Shown in pieces: positions 1 through 13,269 of a stretch of 64,000 nt of DNA. The DNA is taken from assembly GCA_964016885.1 (NCBI GenBank), contig OZ024742.1, positions 299,274,001 to 299,338,000 on the forward strand. Reading direction: 5' to 3'. This DNA is from Eledone cirrhosa. Its lineage: Eukaryota. The translations under genes were made by a program, and so were the position numbers. Position 1 is the first letter of the stretch, and each line of letters starts with the position of its first letter. Under the pieces are notes generated by a model. The model saw only the letters and a program-made list of their open reading frames with translations, was not told the origin of the DNA and did no database searches.

Positions 1-569
1 GAGTAATCTTTGAAGTGTGGTGACTGCTGGAAAGCTGCCATTACTCATACTTCTCGCCTCCTTCACCACCTCTTCTACGGCTTCGATATAAATACCCCCT
101 CCGCCTCCGTGGTATTTTCTTCGGGGTTTTAAGAGGCTTAGCTCTGTTTCTCGACTGTTATATCGCGTGACTATCTCCCCCTCCGCGTTTTGGGATTCTT
201 TCTCACGTCGTGTAGACGCGTTCTTGAAGCTAGTAAAATGAGGTATCCTCTTGATAAGTCGGCAGACCTCGCAAGGACTCTATATCTTTATGATGTATTG
301 TTTTTGTTTATGCCACGAAACTACGTAGTCGAGGAATCTAGGAGCAGTTTAGGTATGATACATTTTATTACTAATTATATCTAAATGTTTCTTCTCTCTT
401 CATAATGTATTTTTAACTCTGATACTGGTTCAGTCTGGTTCAACCGGATTGGTCTGTCCCAGTCATTCATTGAGCAACATCGGTGAGGTTGGCACCCTTA
501 ACTCACGGTTGGGTGTGGATGCATTCATGTATACGTGTGTGTCCGCATGTATCTGTGTGTTTCTACATT

Positions 570-570
<1 letters not shown>
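1..570 (+). mobile_element. Non-coding HHR-bearing repeat family A (retrozyme-like), copy 1
   Basis: Near-identical to 27250-27714 and 53531-54898; contains HHR at 246-335; followed by (TA)n. Confidence 0.8.
246..335 (+). ncRNA. Type I hammerhead ribozyme, U3-A8 core variant
   Basis: Stem I tcctc/gagga; core TTGATAA; stem II gt(c)ggca/tgccac; GAAA; palindromic stem III actacgtagt; predicted cleavage GUC at 330. Confidence 0.75.
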
Positions 571-629
<59 letters not shown>

Positions 630-744
630 GTATATATACATATTTATATATATATATATCTTGACCTGGTGATAGCTGGTATATTTCCATAGAGATCCTT
701 ATTTGTTGGGTGTTCCCTCCAAGACACGTTTAAAGCAGCACGGA

Positions 745-996
745 GCATATGTGGACAGAGACTCAGATTTTCTGGCCACTGTTGGCGCAGCTAGGAACAA
801 ATACCAGGTGGTGTGTTGTTATGGAGTCCATCTCATGGAGCAAGAAACGCTGGTCGTCCAAGAAGACATACGTCAAGCAACTTGAGGACGATACTGGATG
901 CACTGCGGAAGAACTGGCAAACGCTATTAGAGACAGAGATGGATGGAGGAAACGTGTCGTAGAAAGCCGAGCAAGCTCGACCTGATGATGATGATG
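745..996 (+). mobile_element. RTE-clade LINE 3' fragment
   Basis: Frameshifted translation RLRFSGHCWRS...LLWSPSHG...GRP / TYVKQLEDDTG...RDRDGWRKRV; ends in a (TGA)n tail. Confidence 0.8.
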
Positions 997-1138
<142 letters not shown>

Positions 1139-1514
1139 TGTATAAAAATGGATATTTATATTTAGAAATTTCGTGGTTGAGAAACTTACACCAGAATAAG
1201 AAGCTCGTATGGGCATTATGTATTAAATGGGTTTATAGAATTAATCTTCTTATTGCTATTTTTGCTTCCATAGTTCTCTATTTGATGAAGCCTGTCTGCT
1301 TATCGGTTTTTTTCTGGGAGTTTAATTTTCACATACCTATGTTTTGAATTAACATAAACCTCCTTATTCTTTCAGACAAGTAACTATACCACTATATGAA
1401 GGCCTGTTTGTTTGGTGCAGTAAAATCTGCATGTATGTTGCTAAATAAAGACCTTGATATTTACCAAACCAAATACCAACAGAGGAAAACGAAACTGTAT
1501 AAAGGGAATATTAA

Positions 1515-1791
1515 TAATTGTTTCTACTTTTGGCACAAGGCCACCAACCCTCTACCGATACTGCCAATCCACAATAATAATGGTTTCTTATATAGGCACA
1601 AGGCCAGCAATTTTGAAGGAGGGGAATGTCGATTAAATCGATCCCAGTGCGCTACTGGTGCATTATTTTATCGACCCCGTAAGGATGAAATGCAAAGTTA
1701 ACCTCAGCGGGATTTGAACACAGAACGTAAAGGACCGTAACTCTATGCCGCAAAGCATGTCGTCCTACCCTCTACTGATACTGCCAATCCA
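1515..1791 (-). mobile_element. tRNA-derived SINE family 1
   Basis: Reverse complement matches the SINE at 9261 (A/B-box-like head, central cctttcatccttacggggtcgataaaat motif). Confidence 0.75.
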
Positions 1792-2209
1792 ATAATAATA
1801 ATAAAAATAATAATAATAATAACAACGAAAACAACAACAACAACAACAACAACAACAATAATAATTTAATTCTATTAATCTCTCTCGGGTTATGAATATC
1901 TTCTTACTAATTCTTGTGTCATGCTTACTCTCCATTTTCCCTTCAGTTTTTAGGTTTAGAGAAGAATCGATTTCTTTTTCTATCCGCTGCTAAGGATCTA
2001 AAAGGAATTACTTTAAACTAAGAATATCTCGATTGAACTTCTTAAAACTAAGAACAGAGATAACCTGCATTATTGTAGGAAGCAATATAAGTAAAAGAAA
2101 ATGAAAAAAATTAATCTATTGCGTTTTACCTTTAAAACTCACAAACGCATACAACCTATGTACACATATATTTGCACTTTAACATCCATGCATAAATACA
2201 CAAACACAC

Positions 2210-3000
<791 letters not shown>

Positions 3001-3001
3001 C

Positions 3002-3161
3002 ACAGATTGATTTTTTTAGTTTCAGAAGATCCCGTTAAGGGTAAAAGCACCGATTCTTTGCTTAAACTTTAATCTGTTATTTTAATAAATATTTGCTCTA
3101 GGGTTCTTATATATTTGATATATATTTATCCTTATCGAGCCCTCTTTGGATTTTAGTCTTC

Positions 3162-3166
<5 letters not shown>
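3002..3166 (+). mobile_element. Solo PLE pLTR end fragment with degenerate HHR
   Basis: Matches the termini of the PLE at 13270-16015; between (TA)n tracts. Confidence 0.7.
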
Positions 3167-3243
<77 letters not shown>

Positions 3244-3589
3244 ATATATGCTTTACACCATTTCGTTGACGGTTATTATAGTATGTCTTGAATATTAAGG
3301 TTGATTCTGTCTCTTTAACACCTTTTCTCTCTTGTTTCTCACACTCTTCCCTCTGACACTATTTGTCCTCCTCTGGGAAAGAGTGCTCTGACAAAGATAT
3401 GCCCTGTTTCAAGCCGGTGGCTCGACGATTCCATATGCGGTAGGAGACACATTTGTCTCCCTTGTTTATATACAATTGATAGATTTCTAGCTCCAGTTCG
3501 CCTTATAAAATATTTTCTGTACACATGTATTCATTCCTTCTATTGCTGGGATTGTACGTTTAATATTATGAATGGTAGAGTATAACATT

Positions 3590-4704
3590 TGGCTGAATCG
3601 GACTGCTTTTTCTAGCAGCCCCGTTACTTGCCATTATCCACTTACAGCTGCATGTCTGTTGACCGTTAATGACGTGATAATTTTTCCATTCGAAATTATC
3701 GCTGGTAGCAGGTAACTCGGAAAAATGTTTCTTGATTGAGAAGTTCCTTGAGCTGAGAATTCTGTCAATGCTCAAAAAAGAGGGCCTAGAAAATGTTAAA
3801 GATGAACCTCGTTGTGGAAGGCCAATCTCATCAACAAATGAACAAATTGTGGAAGGGGTACGAGCGGTGATGGCGAAAGATCGTCGATTATGTTTTAAGT
3901 TTATTGCAGACGAAAATGACTTAGATAAAAATGATGTTCACAAAATATTTTAACAGAGCATTTACACATCCGAAACATTTTTTTGCAAAACTAATGCCAA
4001 AACGCTTGTCTATGGAGCAAAAATCGATCCGTTTCGAAATGTGTCAGTATTTACCAGAAAGACTCGGAATTTAGCCAAATTCTTTGAATAAAATAATAAC
4101 AGGAGATGAATCATGAGTGTTTGAATATGATCCGGCAAAATGAGAAGTGGCGCACGTAAAATTCTCCTCGTCCGAAGAAGCACGCATCAGAGATCCAGGG
4201 TGAAAACGATAATCATCATTTTTTTCGACAGCCTCCAGGACTGACAGTTAAGTACGGCTTCTACAATGATGTCTTGGAACAAGTTTGAAAACGGGTCCAG
4301 CGAGACTGAAAGGATATTGCAGGAGATTGGGCACTGCACCACGATAAAGCGCCTGCTCACACAGTACTTTCAATTAGAGAAATTCTGCCGAAGAAAACCT
4401 TTCCCACTCTTCCACATACTCCCTACAGCCCAGACCTGATTTCTACCTAACTACTAAGTTGAAATAAAAGTAGATGAGTCATCATTTTGAGACAGTGGAA
4501 AACATACAAAAAGTCGTAACCGACGAGCAAAGGGCACTCACAGAAAATAACTTCCGGTACTGTTACGATCAATGGAAAAAATGTGTAACTACTCTGTGCC
4601 TTTCAATGCGCCTTATGTTAAAGAAGATAACTTGTAATTTCATTTACGTCTAATATACATTTAAATAAAACATCACTACCTTTACTTTTGGGACAAACCT
4701 CGTA
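3590..4704 (+). mobile_element. Mariner transposase pseudogene
   Basis: Motifs DEPRCGRP, ITGDES*VFEYDP, LHHDKAPAH, PYSPDL with stops and frameshifts; right TIR tacttttgggacaaacctcg followed by TA; left TIR not found, start approximate. Confidence 0.85.
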
Positions 4705-4894
4705 TAAAATACAATACAATACTAAATGAGTGTACAAGTAATTGCATTTTGCAAGCATCCACTCACAATAGACGCTTCTTTATCTTTATAAACATCGTGT
4801 TTTATGTTGTTTTATCCTCTAAATGTACAAATCTACAAGATTTTCTATTATAAAAAAAGTTAGGTCTATCTGCAACAGCATGGGACAGATAAAC

Positions 4895-4933
<39 letters not shown>

Positions 4934-7559
4934 TTGCCTCGAAGTAATTTTTTTATGTTAACTTGCAGCATGCCGAAGATGAAACTGATGGAGTAATTGG
5001 AGAAGCAATTGTATTTCGTTGTATATACATTTAGAAGATAATGTAATCTGTGTGATTATTGTTTGCTTTATATATATGTATACCTTTTTTTTTTTTGTAG
5101 TGTTACAAATTATTTTTTTTCATAGCTTACATCTATAGGGAATTGTTGAACTATTTTTCTCTAGTTTCGCTGAAACAATTTGAAGCGATTTAAAATCAAA
5201 ACGTCAAAAATACCAAATACAATAGAATCAATACTACAGCAGGGTTAATGTGTTAGAATGCAGCTGATTGGAGATTTTACAGATTAATAAGCATCTGATC
5301 TGCATGTAATATAATGATCCAACAATGGTGGTGGTAGTGATGGTATATGTGACTAGTCTAACGATTATACATAGCAGTGAGAAAGGGGAAAAAAAAGAAT
5401 CTACCGGTAGACCGGACTAAGGAAACAAGTTTCTATTAATCTTTCCATTGCTGATACTATCTGCCGGTTGCAATTCCTGGCAAAAGGAGCAGCATGAAAT
5501 ATATTATTTTGTCCAAGAATACAACACGCCACATGATACAGTAATCGAACACACAATAGTATGAGCTTGGATCCATCACCCTAACCACTACGCCTCGCTC
5601 CTTACCTAATAATGGCGAAATTATCTCCATCAAAACACACCCTGCCGCAGTGAAAAGGGAAAGCAGTAATGGTCCTATTCTAAGATTGAAAACTAAGATG
5701 GGATGGTAACGCTTTGAAACCTATTATTAATAGGTCTACTTGATGACTGCTGATTTGTTGCCAAACAAATATCAACGCATGATATGAGTGAAGAAATATC
5801 CTTTCATCATCTATTCTAACTTTAGACATTAGGAGGAAATGCTGAGTAATGGTTATATCTATCAATAAAAGGCGTACGACCTAATATAATGTTTCTTGAT
5901 TAAAGCATTTCATTGCACCTTGTTTATGTGTACACATCTAATACTGAAAATCATTACTGTTAGCAGGTGGGAGTGAATTTTGCAACGAGTTGGTGTGCTG
6001 TCCAATGGAAAGTCTCGTACTATCAGTCACCTAACACCTATGAAACATAAATAAAATCCTGCCTAATTAGCCTCTAAGCTTTTCCCTACAAATCATAATA
6101 GGAATATGTTTAACTAATATCAGCACTTTCACAGTAAGAATTGTAGAGCAACATAACTACAATGCTTGCCTGTTTGTTGGATTTACCCACACTATTCAGT
6201 CAGCTGGTTAAGATATCTAACCAAGGGATAGGCATGTAAGCAGGAAAGAAATCTCCTCCAAGCCATCCTGTAGTTCGCCCAATCAATCCAATAACACGGA
6301 GAAAACAGACGAGTAACCAGGCATAAAAGAGAGCAAAGGGAAGGATCGCACAAGCCAGTTAATTAACCGTCTGGAGGGGTAAATGCCGCCGCATAAAAGC
6401 CATCTCCACAAACATCATCACTACCCACACACTATTCGCACATTCATAAATGCAACGAGTGGTGCATTAAACTCATTAGGCACCACATACATCAACATTC
6501 ATCCGAGGCATCGTGGAAAGCAAGGTTCGTCATTATTCCAGTTGAAATATTGATGAATAATGTAGCTGTATTATAGAGACTTACCTATAACTAGTTACAT
6601 TTCAAATGTAATTAAAAAGTCGGCTCCCTTAAATTTTCCAAAAATAAAATATTCATTCTTTTTTATCTAGAATTGGGTCTGTTTTAATTCGTTTGGTTAG
6701 GAGAAAGAGCAGAGCATATAATCTAATAGGAAGAAAGGTTCCATTACACGAGAGACATGATGCAAATGTTTGCGATATAGCTGGTTCCGTTAAATGCACC
6801 TAAGGTCACCACGGTAGCGTTAAGCCGTTTGAAGGATTTAGTGTTTCATGTGAATAGTCTACGACAGGATTTCAATTTTACTCGCAAACTGTCGGAATAT
6901 ATATCGTAAGGCATCTCATCCACATCATTAACGATTCCATCAATCTTCCACCTTAGACAGGGAATATGAAATGCAAAGTTGTTTAGCTCAAATAGATTTG
7001 AACACACAAACTTAAGGTGTAGGAATAAATACCACAAAGCATTTCGTCCAATGCTTTAACGTTGCATGTTTGTACTATACAGTGATATTAATTTCAAATA
7101 TGAATGCTACTTAAAGAAAAACATGCATTTATTCCCTTTCTCCTTTCTAAATAATATAGATAAATGTAGAATTTTAACACTTTCAAAATATCAAGAGAAA
7201 TGTATCAGATAAATACGTTGAATCCCTTCGCTGAAAACTTTGTTCTAAGGCTGAGGAATGCGATGCATATAATTCTGTTAATGCATTACTGTAATTAAGC
7301 ATAATACCAAAGGGAAATCAAATTAAAAACTTACGAAACCTGTAAATGAGAATTATATTTCCGATAATGAAATATTCATTCATATAAATGCAATTAAAGA
7401 AAATGAAATACAGGTTTCAAACCACAAATCGCAACAGCAATAATGTTAGAATCATTCAGACATAATGGGCAACACTTTTGTCTCTTGTAAATTACTGCCA
7501 AGTTTATAATTAACAATCTGCTCTAGAGAATATCTAATGGATTCATCAAGGCTGAATAG

Positions 7560-8728
7560 TCAAGGCATTGGCTTCGCAATTATGATGTACCGTGATCTAT
7601 CTCTCTGCATAGAATCTTGAGTACGCCTCTTTACTATAGCATCGAACAGACAAGTCTTGTGAATGGCATTGGATAGGCAATATATGTATGACAACCGATC
7701 GGATGGACTGCACCTGCAATTCAAAGATACGATTGTGTTGATCTGATTCTGCTTGCGAACTACGTTATCACAACATGTTTCTATGAAATACATATACGTA
7801 TACATATTCACGAGTTTGATGTTCATTTGAACAAAACACTGCATGCACATTGTCGAATCCGACAAAGAATTCTCTAGCAGAATATCTAGCCATTAGTGTA
7901 ATGTGATTTACCTATATCACATATGACTGGGTTGAATTGTTTCCACATACGGTTTACACATATAACAGTGTCAGTTGGTCGAACTGATGGTACATACGAC
8001 AATTGCTCAACATTTAATATTCCGTCACAAACCAAAACCAGCTAAACATTACATAGCAAATAGTACATATATTTACAGTGAGGCTCTTTTTCAGAGTACA
8101 CTCCTGAAACATTTCTATAATTAAGACAATATAATGCGAACTAATTTATTCCGAATTAAGATTAATTCATGTTTTCTGTGTAGGGCTGTCAATCTGAAAT
8201 TAATCAATTGCAGAAAACTGATTGAAACCCTATCCCTAACTTTAATACTAAGAATATTTTAAAATAAATTATTTTTTATTATTTTATTTTTTATTCATAT
8301 TAAGTTATCATGTCAAGGGGTTATTCTGGTGATGCATCTTGTAGTTATATATATGCATTAAGTATTGGTGTTGGTGTAATCGTCTATCCCTTTCTCCAAA
8401 TATGTGACCTTATGTTTATGTTAGAAATTATATCCACTAAAACGTGTAGATATTAGTTATGTAAGCTGAAATCCTCTCAGTTACATACTTCTACTTCAAA
8501 AGTAAATCGCGGAAGTCAAACATTACCATTAACAATTGTGATATGATTTTTGTTTTCTTTTTACATGTAATACCATAAGCATAAACTGGCGTTGCTTAAC
8601 TTATAATACGAATGATATGGTAAATATCTTACCTTTTGTAAAACCTTCAATAGTACGATCTCCAATCTATCTTGGTATTTTCCTGTTTTTCTTTTTGCGA
8701 ACAGATAATGCAGCTCTTTTAAAATGAA
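7560..8728 (-). CDS. Candidate last three exons of an unknown gene (8728-8633, 8041-7912, 7780-7560)
   Basis: GT-AG introns with compatible phases give a 148-aa open frame plus stop, Cys-rich; no family recognised. Confidence 0.3.
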
Positions 8729-9260
8729 CTGTAAAAGATGAAAAGACGTTTTCAAATCATCAATTCTATATTCAACTACAGTGTTAACGACGAGTGTCAC
8801 ATGCGAATCGAGTTTATTAATAAATAAAATTAGTGTCAGATGAAAATTAAAAATCCACAAAGCATGCTTTTAGATATTTGCTTCTAATTCTACTGAGATT
8901 CGCTTTATTTTTAATGTTTCTATTTTTAATTGAATAGCTATATGTAATATGTTCAATTCAAATATCTTTAATTGGCCTCTTTGAAATGGGATCACATATT
9001 AGAATACAAATGTATAATTAATATAGCAAATACAAAATTCTACAAAAATAAATTAAGTTTGCAAACAGTTTTCAAAATATTTTTCAAATTAGTACATAAA
9101 GCAAATATATTTCGTTACATCAATAAAATAATATCCTAGAAGTGTTTTTCTTTTCAGAAAACAATTGTATTCAAAATGATGTAATATACCTAAGAAAATA
9201 CCATAACAGATACATAACATTTTACTTCATATTCGGTTGTTTCGCATTATTATTAAACAT

Positions 9261-9432
9261 CAGGGCGGTGGATTGGCAGTATCGGTAGAGGGTCGGACGC
9301 CATGCTTGCAGCGAAGAGTTACAACCCTTTATGATCTGAGGTTAACTTTGCCTTTCATCCTTACGGGGTCGATAAAATAAAGTACCAGTAATACACTGGA
9401 ATAATTGCTGGCCTTGTGCCAAAAGTAGAAAC
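9261..9432 (+). mobile_element. tRNA-derived SINE family 1 with TSD
   Basis: Head ggcggtggattggcagtatcggtagag; central motif resembling the Meta-domain (from memory); flanked by 15-bp direct repeat attattattaaacat. Confidence 0.85.
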
Positions 9433-11218
9433 AATTATTATTAAACATCTTTAATTTCAAACATATTTATAATTAGCTACATTATGGGAATTATTATTAT
9501 ACATATTAAGTGGTAAAAGAGATTATGATGTGAAAAGAGGGAAATAATTTAAAAATGAATACATCATATAGTTTTGAGCGTCTTAGTTCAAAACTTATAG
9601 TAATCCATTACTGTGTGCTTGTGTTCACTAAGGGTAATTTGACTTCAATCCCAGTCCAAGTTGGTGAATTATGTTATCATTTTACCTGGTTCAGTCATCA
9701 GATTGCGAATATGATACATTGAAAATTTGCAGAATTGTTAGAGTGTTAGATTAGATATCTTGCGGGTACCTTGCGGAATTCTTTTGCCTCTACAACCTGA
9801 GTAAAATCCCGCTGTCATATTTGTGATCAAGAATTAATGTCATCTGGTTGAAAACTACCACTTAGTTTTGGAACCTTTAGTGAAGATCATTTTGTTGAAA
9901 GCATCCAGGCCAAGTCTTCAATGTTAGGACACCTTAATCACTCCTTCCTATATCGGTGGCCCTGAAATGTGTCATGTGCATATCCCTTTCTCCATTATTA
10001 AACGGTAGAAAAAAACAGCAAATTTAAAGTTCACAAAATGTACATGTAAATAATGTTCAATTTTTATTTTGTATATCCATGACTATATTAACAAATATAT
10101 ATTTCTTAAGACAGTGCTGTGTCATTTGAGAAATATTTTATTACTATTTTTAGTAGGACTTACGATCGAATATATCCACATTCACGTAGGGTCGAAAACG
10201 CTTAGATTGATCGCATAAGAGTGTATTTTTAATGTCATCTATTTATAGGATTAAGAAGGAGAAACATTGGCGTGATTGCATCTGATATATGATGGATGTA
10301 GATTATCTAATCTTATTGGTTAGAAATCAAATCATGATCCTTGCTTCCTAGTTAAATTCCAGATGTTCATTTTATATTGTTTTTATGTCTTGTCTTCGGT
10401 TGCATATTAAATCTGGCTTTCTAAGTAAATATGGTATGAGAATGAAAGGTTATATTTAGAGTTTAAATTGGAGTAAACAAAATATATTTCAGTCAAGTGT
10501 CATCTAAAATCCTGTAAACAAGCTAATGTAGCTCAGCCCGTTTAATATCTGTGGTTATGAAATTAAGTATTGTAATGTGGCAAGGTTTAATGATGACTAA
10601 TATTTCATCTGAAACTTAAATATTTTTTTTCAGATTGACCAAATTTAACTGCAAAGACAATTTAAACTAAAGTCTAATGTTTCCCCCAGTTCTTGATTTT
10701 TTAGTGTAGTCAAGCCATGAAAGACAGCAGTGATGCTTCTAGTCCGCCTCTAAAGTTAGTGAGGGGGGAGAAAATTATCTACAAACCAAGCACTAAGCCA
10801 GATTAATTACAATGGAGATTATTCCCCTAAAGGTAGACAAGGGCCGGATAGCTGTGATAAACTGGGCAACTAATAGTGTCTACACCCAAGCAACTGGACA
10901 AATACATGCAATGAGATTTCACATAATTTCTGTTTACTAATGTTTTCGGAAATATTTTGATTGACCTGTGATTATGGAAGTAGATACTTACCCAAGGTGC
11001 AAAGTAGTAATATCAGACGCGAAACGATGCAGGTGGGAAGCAAACTTCTTAATCACCCAGAAATAACTGTGTATATAATCATAAAAACAAACTTGCACCT
11101 ATCCGATTGTAACACATGAATAGATAACTATGTTGGAATTATTATAACCTTTTGGTAAACATTAACAAAGTAGCATCTCGTGAAGATTCTCATTAGATAT
11201 AAAAGATTTCTGGTATTG

Positions 11219-11523
11219 CTGGTACTTTATTTTATCGACCCCGTAAGGATGAAAGGCAAAGTTAACCTCGGCGGGATTTGAAAACAGAATGGAAAGGGCC
11301 GTAACTCTATGCTGCAAAGCATGGCGTCCGACTCTCTACCGATACTGCCAATCCACCGCATTGTGTTAATAATAATAATTGTTTCTACTTTTCGCACAAG
11401 GCCAGCAATTACCCAGTACATTACTGGTACTTTATTTTATCGACCCCGTAAGGATAAAAGGCAAAGTTGACCTCGGCGGGATTTGAACTCAGAATGGAAA
11501 GGGCCGTAACTCTATGCGTCAAA
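11219..11523 (-). mobile_element. Two tandem SINE family 1 fragments
   Basis: Two reverse-complement matches to the SINE at 9261. Confidence 0.8.
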
Positions 11524-11855
11524 GCTAGAAACAAGGTGTCAAAATATCATCATTAATTTTGTTTAGGTGTGACGCAAAATTCGCGATTGATCAGCTCAAG
11601 GTAAAATCAATATCGATCTGGCCCAACTCTGGAATCAATAGCTCAACAGGCTCATAGTTTCTTTAATGACGGGAGATATCCACCTACAGCTTTAAATTAC
11701 CATTTCTTATTCACTTGTGTTCTGTTGTTCTTTGTTTTGATTGGTTGGTTCGAGGGAGAATAGAGTAGAGAAGAGAAGGGAAGAGGTAGAAAGAAAGGAA
11801 AGAGGAGTGTGCCAAAAGTAGAAACAATTATATATATATTTCTACATACATTTAT

Positions 11856-11888
<33 letters not shown>

Positions 11889-12039
11889 AACGCACACACA
11901 GACACACACATATACACACACACATATATATCCTTCTCTATATATAAATAACTATAGTTATATGTGTGTATGTGTGTGCGTTTGTATGTCGATATTAGTG
12001 TAAATTCATATTTATACATACGCGCATGCATCCACCCAT

Positions 12040-12088
<49 letters not shown>

Positions 12089-12366
12089 CATGTGTTTGTG
12101 AGTGTGTGTGTATATGTGTGTGTATGTGTGTGTGTTTATATGTGCAAAAATCAATTGCCAAAACATCGAAACAGTGACCAAACGCGTAGAGAAAACCATG
12201 ATATAGAAGTCTGAAACCTAAACCAATAATGCATCAACAAGCTAACTAGTCCTTACAGGACAATCCTTCACAGGTCATCTAGTCGAACACGCCACAACAG
12301 TTTCATACGATATTTGGTTATCCAGAGACGAAAACCAGTATCTTTTTGTCAGACTTAAATATGGGA

Positions 12367-12403
<37 letters not shown>

Positions 12404-12408
<5 letters not shown>

Positions 12409-13268
12409 TTTTGTTTTAGTCTCATTCATTCTCAGCCCCACACTCATCGACACAGTCTCAACCTCCCGCATCAAATCCTCTGCCTCCTTCACTGTATTTG
12501 TCACCAAAACTATGTCGTCGGCAAATTCAGCATCCGATACCTTTTTCGCCCTAACTCTCCTGCTCTGAGCCGGTGCTACAATAAAGCCAGAGTCCTGGTG
12601 TTTCTCCAGTGCAAGGCGCATACAATAGTCCACTACGATGATAAAAAGGTAGGGAGCCAATGTATCTCCCTGGAGCACTCCAGCCAGTATCTCGAAGAAC
12701 TCTGTCATCCCATCAGGTGTAATGACTTGGGCTTTGGTGTTGGTGTAGAGCAGGGATATCAGGTCCACTATCCTCTTGGGGATTCCATAAGCCTGTAAGA
12801 TCTTCATCAGGCAGTAACGGTCCACAGAATCAAAGGCCTCCCTAAAGTCAATGAAAACCATGACCGCAGGAAGGCACTTTGCTCTAGCTCCCTCTAATAT
12901 CCTCCTCAGCATCAGGATGTGACTGGTGGTTGATCTACCCTCTCTGAAGCCGTTCTGGTTGTCCCTGAGCTTCTTCTCCATCTCAGGCTGGATCCTGTCA
13001 GCTCAAAATTCAGCTCAAAAGTGACACAGAGGAGACTGAGGTTGGCTGGACATGCTCACTGACATCCAGAGTTGACATTGCACTCAGTGCTCCTTTGGGA
13101 GCCCCTACATGGACACACTAGAAGAGGAAGACCAAGGTTTACATATGTTGATGCCTTAAGGACAGACACTGGTCTGTTGGATAATGCAGGATCTGGCAGC
13201 GATAATGAGGGACAGAGACCGCTGGAGAGAACTCGTCCATGGATCTCGGGAATTTTACCCGCCTTAGA
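12404..13268. mobile_element. RTE-clade LINE with 5' inversion (RT on -, C-terminus on +)
   Basis: Minus ORF QNGFREGRST..FIDFREAFDSV..GVLQGDTLAPYLF..FADD; plus strand from ~13000 RRLRLAGH..LLWEP..GRPRFTYVD..DRDRWR; (TA)n on both sides. Confidence 0.85.
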
Positions 13269-13269
13269 T

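Noticed and set aside
190-384. Short ORFs in family A (also at 27254 and 54435)
   Set aside because: Non-ATG or microsatellite-derived starts, a 2-nt indel between copies, and no protein features
9261-9340. tRNA genes
   Set aside because: tRNA-like A/B boxes are SINE heads with SINE bodies and TSDs; no full cloverleaf
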